The notes below the pieces were generated by a model, which was given only the letters and a program-made list of their open reading frames with translations, ran no database searches and was not told the DNA's origin. 64,000 bases of DNA from the human T2T-CHM13v2.0 reference genome, Homo sapiens, in NCBI RefSeq assembly GCF_009914755.1, contig NC_060947.1; one strand, given 5' to 3'. Shown one piece after another: positions 51,136 to 64,000 of this stretch. Made by a program: the position numbers and the translations under genes. Numbering within the stretch: the first letter of the stretch is position 1; the number at the start of each line of letters is the position of its first letter.

Positions 51136-52273
51136 CGTTGTTTAATTTGGAAATTGTATCGTGACTTAGCTATCTCATCATCTGAAGCTTTCATTCTGTT
51201 GATGGGAAGGTGAGTTTTTGCAGCTCTAGTTGCAAAAAGAGAGAACTGGAGTAGGGGACTCTGCAGGGAAGTTCTATCCTGTCTACATTTAAAGAGATCA
51301 GACCTTGAACTAGAGTACACTTGCCTGCAAAAGGAACAACACTATCACTTTCTGAAGGGAAACTAACCTCTTATCTAAAAAGGAGAGAGATTTGGCTGAA
51401 AGAATGCTGGACTAGGGCACAGGGGGCCTGGGTTGAAGGCTCAGTTCTATCATCAGTTAATTCTGTGAGACTGTGCAAATCTCAGCATTTCCAGCATCCT
51501 CACTGAGCTCACTGACTTCTAAGATCTCTCCTAACTCCAAAGTTTAATAACAGAGTACCATGTAGTTGAAAGAGCAAGATTTAAAGCCAGTATCACATTA
51601 ACATTTACATAAGAAGCCATACACTTGACTATATTGAACAATAAAGTAAGGAGATTACCTGTGTATCTGATTGGAAGAGAATTGCCAAGGGGAATAATTA
51701 TATTTATTTTATGCCACTGAAATACTGTACTTCATGGTTCTCTGTTGTCTTTCCTCAATATTGACTTCTACTTTAATATTTGCCTGGTACAACAAAAGAA
51801 GCCCAAATATCCAGTTAGGATGCAGATGAAATGATATATGGAGCTCAATTTGGAAGAAAAGAACCAGTGAGGAAACAATCTTTAATGTTTGCAATAAAAG
51901 CAAACCGAGTTCAGAAATAAAAAGGAAATATAGGACAGCTTATAAATGTAATCACTGCTTTACCTCATCCACTTTCATTCTCTAAAACAAACCTAATCTG
52001 CAAATGCTATGTGGAGCCCTCCATCATTGAAGAGAGAGGAGTAGGTATAATGGGGTTGGGGAAATAGACAGTGAAGGGGGCAGGAGGACAGAGGATATTA
52101 GTTAAACTCCATTCAGTACACAGTATAGGTGAAAGCACTATGCTGAAAACAATAGCGTCTAAGTGAACAAAAATAAGTAAGGCAAAAGAATAGCACATAA
52201 TGACAACATTTATTCAAAGAGTTTTCTCCTATGGACTGCTGGCAGTCCTCAACATCAACTGTTTGCAGAAGAG

Positions 52274-52725
52274 CAGTATGTTAGTTTGCAATGGCTGCTA
52301 TAATAAAGATCCTCAAATTAGGTGACTTAAAACAACAGAAATACATTGTGCCACAGTTCTGCGGTAAAGAAGTCTAGAATCAACGTATCATCAGGGCCAC
52401 GCTCTCTCTGAAGTCTTTAGGGTGGAATCTGTTCTGTGTCTTTCTCCTAGATTCTCGTGCTGTCAGCAGTCCTTGGCATTCCTTGACTTGCAGATATATG
52501 GCTCCAGCCTCTGCCTCGGTAGTCATATGGTGTTTTCCCTGTGTATTTCTTCTCCTCTTCTTATAACAGATGTCACTCTTGTTGGATTAGCACCCACGGA
52601 AGTTGAGTATAATCTCACCTTGAGTTTACTGTAAACACCCTACTTCCTAATAAGGTCACATTAACAGATACTGAAGATTGGAACTTCAACACCTCTTTCT
52701 GGGGAACAAAATTCAACCCACAACA
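52274..52725 (-). mobile_element. MLT1B/C-like solo LTR
   Basis: ggtgacttaaaacaacagaaat...cagggccacgctctctctgaag...aataaggtcacatt...aattcaacccacaaca; aagag on both flanks. Confidence 0.85.
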
Positions 52726-52850
52726 AAGAGTTTCCCAATTTTCGAGTATGAAAACACTTTATCAATGCCCTCCCACAATGTTACTGACCTCTATCCACAT
52801 AAACAGAGTTACAATATTAGTGTTTGTTGATTGAGAAAAAAAGGCATTGA

Positions 52851-53138
52851 GTCCAGATGCTGTGGCTCACACCTATAATCCCAGCACTTTGGGAGGCCGA
52901 AGCGGGCGGATCACCTGGGGTCAGGAGTTTGAGAACAGCCTGGCCAACATGGCAAAACCCTGTCTCTACTAAAAATACAAAAATTAGCTGGGTGTGGTGG
53001 CGTGCACCTGTAATCCCAGCTACCCAGGAGGCTGAGGCAGGAGAATTGCTGGAACCTGGGAGCAGAGGCTGCAGTGAGCCGAGATTGCGCCACTGCACTC
53101 CAGAGCCAGACTCCGTGAAGAAAAAAAAAAAAAAAAAA
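52851..53138 (+). mobile_element. AluS (Sx/Sz-like) with a short deletion near the 3' end
   Basis: gtggctcacacctataatcccagcactttgggaggccgaag; cactccag joins agccagactcc (cctgggcgacag missing); TSD core gcattga. Confidence 0.97.
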
Positions 53139-54034
53139 GCATTGATTTTTATGAACTTTTTCTAAATACCGTAATGCTTTCAAATACATTTGTATTTTAT
53201 CTTTTTTTTTTTTTTTTTTAAATAATAATGGCACCCATCCACATTTGGAGACCAGTCATACATAGAGGTACAAGACAGTCATAGTCGACCACATGATGGT
53301 TTGAAAACCAATGCTTTTGAGTCTTGACTTAGCTCCAAAGGTGACACATGACCATGGGCAGGTTCCTTAACCAGTTTTTTCTAGGTCTTAGTTTCATCTA
53401 TGCCTGAAAAAGGGATGTATTAGTTGACCTTTAAAATTTCACCCCTGACATTCTCATAAATTTATACGGGAAAAAACATCTTAGGCAAGAATATTTCAGA
53501 AGTTGTGTTTTTGCTAGATAAGTTAATGTCCATTTTCACAATCAAATTTCACCCCTGCTAAGACGATGTATCAGATTTGGTATTTGCCAATGTTCTTACA
53601 GAGCAATTTAAGATAACTCAGTCAGGTAAATAGTTCAGGGCAGTAAATGCTTCATATTTTTTTAAAGTTGTCCAGCTGAAAAGTTACAAACTCAGTTTGT
53701 CTGTAATTGATTTATCAATAACAAGGACAGACCTACCAAGGAATAAATACTTAATGAATCTCCAACTTATCATTCTTTCTGCAGTTACAGCCTTATAGCT
53801 AGTTGCTGCTTGAACTGAAAACTTCCTGGTTACACACCCGGAGTGCACATTACTAAAATACAGGGGTTTTTCATTTCCACAAGTTGCTACAAATGTGTGT
53901 GTTTTACATTCCTCACCAGAAATTTAAGCTCACCCAAAGTTTTCATATTCTGTAGGCTCTAATTAAGATGGAATATATCTTTAAACAATTAACTTCATGG
54001 CATAAACCCTTTGAGAAGCTATTAAAAGAAACTA

Positions 54035-54350
<316 letters not shown>

Positions 54351-54419
54351 AAGACACCATTTTACAAAGGCACTGTTGGTATTGGAGATATATATCTGGC
54401 TGGGGATATATATTCCTGG

Positions 54420-55250
54420 GATCATCATTGAATCCCTCTTCTCCCCTCCATCTGCCTCATCTAATCAATACCAACAGATTCTACCTCTTGGTTCTTTCCC
54501 AGATTCACCCAGTCTTGTACACGCCATTGCTATAATGATGTTCAGACCATTATCCTTCCTCATTTAGATTCATGCAAGGCACTGGAACTTCTATTTGGTG
54601 TTCCTGATATTTGTTGTTGCTGTTGTTGATACTTCATGGTTGTCCATATTTCTGGGGTACATGTGATATTCGATACACGTATAGACTGTGTAATGATCAA
54701 ATCAGGGTAACTGGGATATCATCATGACACCCACTACCATCTCCTACAATCCATTCTCTGTACATTAACTTAAATCATCTTCTTAAAATAGAAATCTGAT
54801 GATGCTATTCCCTTTCAATGGTTTTTTCATTGCTGCTGGTAAAGTCTGAGTCCTTCTCCCATACATACAATATACTATATTATTTGGCCCATGCCTCCTG
54901 CCTCAACTTCATTTTCTGATCTCCTCCACTCCCTTCATGACATTCAATATTCCAGTTGCATTGAGTTCCTTACAATCTACTAAACAGGACTTTTTCTCTC
55001 TTCCCTCCAAGTCTGTTTTCATGAGCCTTGCTCTGTCCAGAATGCCCTTCTGTCCTCCTTCCCATTCTTTATCAAGTTCCTCTCACCCTTGAAGACTAGG
55101 CTAAGGCATTCCTTCTTGATAGTCTTTCTTGAACTACCCATCCCCTTTCCCCAAACATTGAGATTACCCATACCATGACACTGATTGTAAGTATAAGATT
55201 CTGTTGCTCTCTTCATCACCTTTCTACACCTCCTGAAGAGCAGAGAATAC
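54420..55250 (+). mobile_element. L2 remnant with a short antisense L1MA 3' end inserted at about 54610-54724
   Basis: L2: caatccattctctgtaca...aaatagaaatctgatgatg; L1MA: ggggtacatgtgatatt...tgtgtaatgatcaaatcagggtaactgggatatc. Confidence 0.7.
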
Positions 55251-55502
55251 TTACCCGAATAAGTTAATTCCCATGATATCTGTCTGTCCATGTTTACCAT
55301 TTGATGGGGTCACTGGGCATTGAAAGATCAAACTCACATGCACAGCTCTCTCTTCTGGTTCCTGTCTCTTGCAACAGGATGAGTCAGAAAACAGGCCTCC
55401 ACTTTGATTTTTTTTTTTTTTGATGCTTTCTTCTCACTACATAAGAAAGCCTAAGGGTAAGTTAAACATCATGTTCCCTCTTCTTCTAGTTGCTTTAGTT
55501 TC

Positions 55503-56095
55503 TTCTGGACTGTGACCTTCACAATTGTTTTTTACCTTTTTTTTTTCCTCCCTGTAGGTAATCCAGAAAGGCTGGAGGTAGCTAGCGTCAAGTAAATGTG
55601 CTTTCACAGATGAACTAAGCTTCTGGCAAAGTCTTTCCCTTGAAGAGTAAACTTATTTACAGAGAATATTCTGGGATTATTTCACAAAGGTTATTCTTTC
55701 CCTCTCTGTGCCAGAATCAGGAGGAGGTATTTGTTGGCTCTTCTTTGTGATTATCTGATAGGGGGTTCCCCAAAAAGGGATGGGGCCCTACTTAAAAATG
55801 CCACCCTATCAGTTTCTCACCCTCAAGCCAGACCACACTTAGCCTCCAAAAGTTCTTCATAATTCTCATGTCTGTTTCTACCAGTATATGGTTTCTGTGG
55901 CTTCTACTTAAAGCAAGAAGATATTGGCTAGAATCCATTATATTTGCCTGCCTCTGCAGTTTTCAGGATGGTATTTGCCCTGTAACCTCAGTTATTTGAT
56001 TGATCCAAGAAAAGGTGATTTTCAGTGTATTCAGAAGTAATTTTACTACGATGACAGGAATGATAATTTCCAAGTTCTTTAAATGTCATATCTAC
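55503..56095 (-). mobile_element. 5'-terminal ~600 nt of an old L1 (L1MC/L1MD-type) 5' UTR
   Basis: ctggactgtgaccttcacaa...gaaaggctggagg...ccacacttagcctcca...tttgccctgtaacctcag...ttccaagttctttaaatgtc matches the recalled L1M4-type 5' end in antisense. Confidence 0.65.
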
Positions 56096-56347
56096 TTCTG
56101 TTCATCTATAGCATTTACCACCTGCTGATACACTATGTCATTTATTTATTTATGTTTATTACCTGTTCCTCATGCTAAACACAATTGCTGGGGAGGCCAA
56201 TTAGTGTATGTTTACTGTCCTAAACAAGAGCCCAAAACAGGGCCTTACCTCTTTATATATGTGTTTCAATTAACATAATGGAATAATTATTCATTTATAA
56301 TGTGTTCTGGTGGGGGTGAAGGATGGGTCCTGAAGAAAAGTAATATT

Positions 56348-56707
56348 GGTCCTGGTGCGGTGGCTCATGCCTGGAATCCCACCAATTTGGGAGGCCGAGG
56401 CGGGTGGATCACTTGAGGTCAGGAGTTTGAGAGCAGCCTGGCCAACTTGGCTAAACCCTATCTCTACTAAAAATACAAGAAAAGAAAATTAACTGGGTGT
56501 GGTGGTGCACAGCTGTAATTCCAGCTACTTTGGGAGACTGAGGCACAAGAATTGCTTGAACCCGGGATGCAGAAGTTGCTGTGAGCTGAGATTGAGCCAC
56601 TGCACTCTAGCCTGGGTGATGAAGTGAGACTCTGTCGAAAAAAAAAAAAAAAAAAAGAAGAAAGAAAGAGAGAGAGAGAGAAAGAAAGAAACAAAGAAAG
56701 AAAGAAA
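56348..56707 (+). mobile_element. AluS (Sz-like) with A / (GAAA)n / (GA)n tail
   Basis: ggatcacttgaggtcaggagtttgag; TSD aagaaaagtaatatt / aagaaaattaatatt. Confidence 0.97.
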
Positions 56708-57147
56708 ATTAATATTGAGGTTCAGCCAGGTTAATGATCTAAGAACCACTATAGGCTACATCATGGGCCATAAAACATACCTTAACTAATGCTAAAGAAC
56801 AGAAATTGTACAAAATATATTATCAGATAACAATGGAATTTAACCAGATATCAATACCAGAAAAATAGATGGAAAATCTTCATATATTTGGAAAGTAACA
56901 TTTTTCTAAATGATACATGCATCAAAGAAGTCTCAAGTGAAATGAAAAATTATTTGAACTAAATGAAAATTAAACTGCAACTCTATGAAATGTAGTGGAT
57001 GCAGTGAAAGCTGTCCTCAGAGGGAGATTTGCAGCATTGAATACGTGTATTAGAAAATGAGAAATCTAAAATCGGTAAAGAAAGAAGAGCAATTTTAGCC
57101 TCAAGCAAGCAGTATACAAGAAATGGCCCAAATTAGAGAAGAAATCA

Positions 57148-57610
<463 letters not shown>

Positions 57611-59617
57611 CAGAGAGAAGAAACAAGTTACTAGTATTATAAATGTTATAAATGAAAGAGGCATCATTATTACTAATCCCATCATACTACAAACAATTCT
57701 ATCCTCACACATTTAATACAAATATGAAATAGACAAATTCTTTGAAATACATAAACTATCAAAACCCATAAAGAAGACACAGAAAATCTGACTAGGTCTG
57801 TATTTATAAAAGCAACTGAGTCAATAATTAATAAACTTCCAAAAAAGAAAGCTCCAGACCCAAATGTTCTCACTGGTGAAGTCTACCAAACATTTAAGCA
57901 AAAAAACTAACTAAAAAAAATAAATGAAAAAAAAATCTTCACTATTTCTTCCAGAAAATAGAATCAGAGGTAAAAATTACTAATTCATTTTATGCAGCAT
58001 TTCACTAATACCAAATTCATATAAAGATATTGCAAAAAAGAAAAACCATGGACAAATACTTCTCAGGAGCATAGATGTAAAAATTCTCAAAAAAATCATC
58101 AAATTGAATCCAAGGCTATATAAAAATAATTATATATTATGAGAAGTTGGGATTTATTCCAGGTAAGCAAAGTTGGTTCAACATGCGAAAATCAATTAAT
58201 GTGATCCACTATATCAATACACTTAAGAATAAAACCATATGGTCATTCAGTTGTAACCTAAGCAGCATTTGAGAAGAATCTAACACACATTCAACATAAA
58301 AACTCTCGGCAAACTGTAAACAGAGGAGATTTTCCTTAACATGATAAAGAACCATGAAAGCCGGAAGTTAACATTATACTTAATGGTAAGAAATTGGACA
58401 CTTTTTCCTGAAGACTGGGAACAAAGCAGGAATGTTCCTTCTCACCACTCCTATTGAAAATCATACTGGAAGTATTAGTAAGTGCAATAATACAAGGAAA
58501 GGAAATAAAATGTATATAGCATGGGAATGAATTTGCAGATAACATAACTGTCCATGTAGAAAATTCCAAATATCAACAAAAACTCCTGCAACTAATAACT
58601 AAACATAAGAAAGTCACAGATATAATATTAATATATAAATACATATTGTTTTCTTTTATATGACCCCCAAACATAAAGAATTTGAAATTAAAATGTAATA
58701 TCATTTACATTAGCATCAAAAAATGAAATACTTAGGTATAAATCTAACAAAATATATTCCATATCTATGTGGTGAAAACTATAAAACTCTGATGAAAGAA
58801 GTGAAAGAATATCTAAACAAATGGAGAGATAGTCTGTGTCCTTGGATTGCAGGACTCAATACAGTCAATATGCCAATTATTCCCAACTTGATTTACATAG
58901 ATGCAAAATCAATCAAATGTATGGCAAGCTATTTTGTGGGAATAGACAAACTGATTCTAAAATTTATATGGAAAGGAAAAAGACCCAGAAAAGCCAAGAA
59001 ACACTGCATCTGAACAACCAAGTTGGCAGGCTGACACTAACCAACTTCATGACTTATTATAAAGATATAGTAAACAAGGCAAAGTGGTATCACCCAAAGA
59101 ATACATAGATGAAGAGAACAGAATAAAGAGTGCAGGAATGGACTCACTCAAATACAGCTAACTGATCTTTGACAAAAGAATAAAGGAAAGAAAAGAGTAA
59201 AAATACCCTTTAAATAAATTGTACACCCATATGTGAAAAATAAATAAACAAACCTAGACACAGTCTATGAAGCTTTCATAAAAATTGATTCATAATGTAT
59301 CACTGACGTAGATATAAAATGGAAACAATAAAATTTCTATAAGAAAACTAGGGGGAAAATGTAGGTTACCTTAGGTTTGGCAATGAGTTTTTATATTCAA
59401 CATAAAAAGGACAATCCACAAAAAAAAAAAGTAAGTTGAGCTTTATGAAAGCTTAAAACCTCTTCTTTGCAAAAGATGCTTTTAAGAGAATGGAAAGACA
59501 AGCCACAACTGGTAGAATATATTTGCAAAACACACATTTAATAAACATTTTGAATCCAAAATAGACAAAGAACTCTTAAAACTCAATAAGTTAGATAAAA
59601 ACCTAATTTAAAAATGA

Positions 59618-61293
<1,676 letters not shown>

Positions 61294-62590
61294 AAAAATG
61301 AGCAAGACTTCTGAACACAAACCCTCAGATATACAAATAGCAAATAATCATATAAAAATGCTCAATGTCATTTTCCATTAGGTAATTGTAAACTAAAGCA
61401 ACAATAAGTATCATCACATCCTTATCAGAATAAATAAACAAAATATTAAAAGTAAAAAAAAAGATGCTAAATGCTGATGAGGATTAAGAGCCACTGGAAC
61501 TCTCGCTCATTGCTGTTGATAAAGCAAAATGGTTTAACAATGTTGGATAAAATCTGGCAGATTCTTACAAAGCTAAACATAGACTTAGCACAAAAATCAC
61601 ACTTCTATGTATTTACCCAGCTAATTTTAAAACTTACACCCGTGCCAGAAATTGCACACAAGTGTTTATAATGGCTTTATTTGTAGTCACCAAAATGTGA
61701 ACACAACCAAGTTGATCTTCAATAGGTGAATGGTTAAACATTTGTAGTACATCCATACAATGGAATACTATTTAGTATTACAAAATGAGCTATCAAACCA
61801 CAAAAAGACATGGATGAATCTCAAATCTATATTGCTAAGTTAAAGAAACCTATCTGAAAAAGCATCATGCTGTATAATTCCAAATATATGGCATTCTGTA
61901 AAAGGGAAAATTCTAGATACAACAAAAGGTTGAGCTGCTGTCAAAACTCAGAGCTGGGGAAGAGATGATGGAACAGATGAAGCATAGGGAATTTTTAGGG
62001 AGGTGAACTTTTGATTTAATACTGTACTGGCGGATACATGAAATTATGCATTTGTCAAAACCCATACAAGTTTACAGTTGAAATAATGATTCTTAATGTA
62101 GGCAAGTTTAAAAAAAATAAGTGGTCAAGTGTCCCAGGATGTAATGCAGAATGTGAGAGGAGAATTTCATTGCATTACAAATGTATGAAATAACCTCACT
62201 GACATGCATAGAGGAAGTAGGCATATTGACCTAATTAACTTTGAAAATGAGTGTAGTCTTGAATACCAAAGCCAAATTAAACTACACATAAACACTGTAC
62301 TCTAATTGATAAGATTGTTTCCAACAGGGATATGGATTAACAATTCTGAAAACACTATAAAAGAATACTGAAATTGAGCAATTAAATAGATGGCAGATGA
62401 TGGGTGCCAGGTTTCTCAGTGTTGCAGTAGGAGTATGAAGATAAGCAAGAGGAAGACCTAGAATAAATATGTGGTAGTAGATTACAATTGAAAACATCAG
62501 TGTGAACTCATGTTTAACTTAATAAAGACATAGATGGTTACATATAGAAACAGCTATAAGGATACAAATGGGTTAGTATACACACATACA

Positions 62591-62825
62591 CATATGGAGT
62601 AACACTTATGCAAAATGCTTGGGACCAAAGGGTTTCAACGTTTAGAGTTTTTCAGATTTTGGAATATCTACATTATACTTACCAGTTGAGCATCTTTAAT
62701 CTAAAAATTCAAAATCTAAAATGCACAAATGAGCATTTCCTTTGAGTGTCACGTTGGCACTCAAAAAGTTTCAGATCTTTGAGCGTATGGAATTTTGGAT
62801 TTTTGGATTAGAGATCCTCAACCTA
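62591..62825 (+). mobile_element. Tigger4a (MER46A-like) DNA element
   Basis: aaatgcttgggacca...attatacttaccagttgagcatc...atgagcatttcctttgagtgtca...ggattagagatcctcaacct. Confidence 0.85.
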
Positions 62826-63023
62826 TATTTCCTTGTTCTGTTAGCTAAGATGGCTCCAAAGTAATGACAACATCAATGAGCACACCTAGTGCCCAGATCT
62901 TGGTTTCTAATACCATTTGCAAATAAAAGGAACCAGGGCTCATTGAAGAAATAGCTGACTGTGGGCCCGGGGCAAGAAGCATACAAGAGGATGAGGAATC
63001 TTTTAGCAGAAAGTAATAAAATG

Positions 63024-63543
63024 TTAAAGAAACAAAAACCTACAAAGGATAGGATATGTCAATGGGGATAGGAGCCAAATATAAGAGCTCCTGTTCCCCA
63101 AACCTAGAAAAGTTTGAACAACAAAATAGAGCATCATTAATAGAGAGAGATATATATAGCCATATATATATAAATAAATATATAAATATATATAAATAAA
63201 TATATAAATATATAAATAAATATATATATAAATATATATATAGCCATATATATATAAATATATATATAGCCATATATATATAAATATATATAGCCATATA
63301 TAAATATATATATGGCTATATATATATTTGGCTATAGTTTACATATATACTATATATACTGTATATACTATAGTATATAGTATACATATATATGTGTGTG
63401 TGTATATATATATATATTTGGCTATAGTTTAATGATGCTCTATTTTGTTGCTCAAATTTTTCTAGGTTTGGTGAACAGGAGCTCTTATATTTGGCTCCTA
63501 TCCCAATTCGACATATCCTATCCTTTGTAGGTTTTTATTTCCT

Positions 63544-63546
<3 letters not shown>
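63024..63546. repeat. Inverted duplication (117/118-bp arms) around a TA-rich spacer
   Basis: 63024-63140 vs reverse complement of 63429-63546: 6 substitutions and 1 indel by eye. Confidence 0.95.

Positions 63547-63587
<41 letters not shown>
63141..63587. repeat. Compound (TA)n microsatellites (63141-63428 and 63547-63587)
   Basis: (ta)n, (tataaa)n and tagccata/tatggcta units; pure run of about 20 TA units at 63547. Confidence 0.95.
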
Positions 63588-63588
<1 letters not shown>

Positions 63589-63947
63589 ATCAGGCCATAG
63601 TGATATAAATATACAACTGAATAAAAAATAAGTTAGATTTGGTAGAAAACCTAAAATTAAAATCAATGAGGGAGAACAGGCAAATCTCCTGTACATAAAC
63701 ATTCCAAACAATTCGTGTGGACACTCTGCTCTCAAGGAGATCTCGCATAACTTCCCACTCCTTGAGTGTGGATTCTGCATAGTAACTTCCTTCCAGAGTA
63801 CAGTATAAAAAGGTGGGGGAAGGAATAATTTTATAGTGGAGAAATCTGACAAATACAATCTCAGCCAAGTAATCAAAGTCAATGTCAACAGTGATAAGTC
63901 ATGTTGATAGTTTTTACCCTTGCTATCATGTGATAAGAATGACACTT

Positions 63948-64000
63948 ACCTTAGTCAGTTTGAGCTGCTATGACAAAATACTATAGACTGGGTGGCTTTT
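63948..64000 (-). mobile_element. Terminal part of a MaLR LTR (MLT1A/MST-like), continuing right of the window
   Basis: cttagtcagtttgagctgctatgacaaaatactatagactgggtggcttt. Confidence 0.75.

Noticed and set aside
53121-53219. A18 and T18 tracts 63 nt apart as a hairpin or retro-insertion
   Set aside because: The A run is the Alu tail and the T run has no TSD; low-complexity coincidence.
55503-56800. Twin-priming 5' inversion linking the minus L1 5' UTR to the plus L1MC
   Set aside because: L2-like DNA and an Alu intervene, and the two pieces are not adjacent in consensus as twin priming requires.
63040-63297. 85-aa Ile/Tyr-rich ORF
   Set aside because: Translation of the (TA)n microsatellite.

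Overview
AT-rich primate (most likely human) genomic DNA dominated by transposable elements. I recognise no protein-coding exon, RNA gene or CRISPR-like system. Every ORF in the track that I could assign is L1 ORF2, MaLR-internal or Alu debris, and the rest look like chance ORFs. The window holds seven AluS-type copies, several L1s (L1PA3-like, L1PA15/16-like, two L1MA-type, L1MC-type pieces), a complete MST-type MaLR element, a two-LTR MER4A provirus with a tRNA-Arg primer-binding site, and many MLT1, L2, MIR and MER relics, often nested. A repeat-poor block that retains CpGs (about 31.9-34.0 kb) looks regulatory. The most unusual structures are rearrangement scars: a 47-bp palindrome interrupted by an Alu, a 117-bp inverted duplication around a TA microsatellite, a templated-insertion scar in an L1 3' UTR, and old L1 5'-end fragments about 54.5 kb apart that appear to join end to end. 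Repeat names come from my recall of consensus sequences, not a database search, and boundaries of old elements are approximate. I found no evidence for a new biological system.
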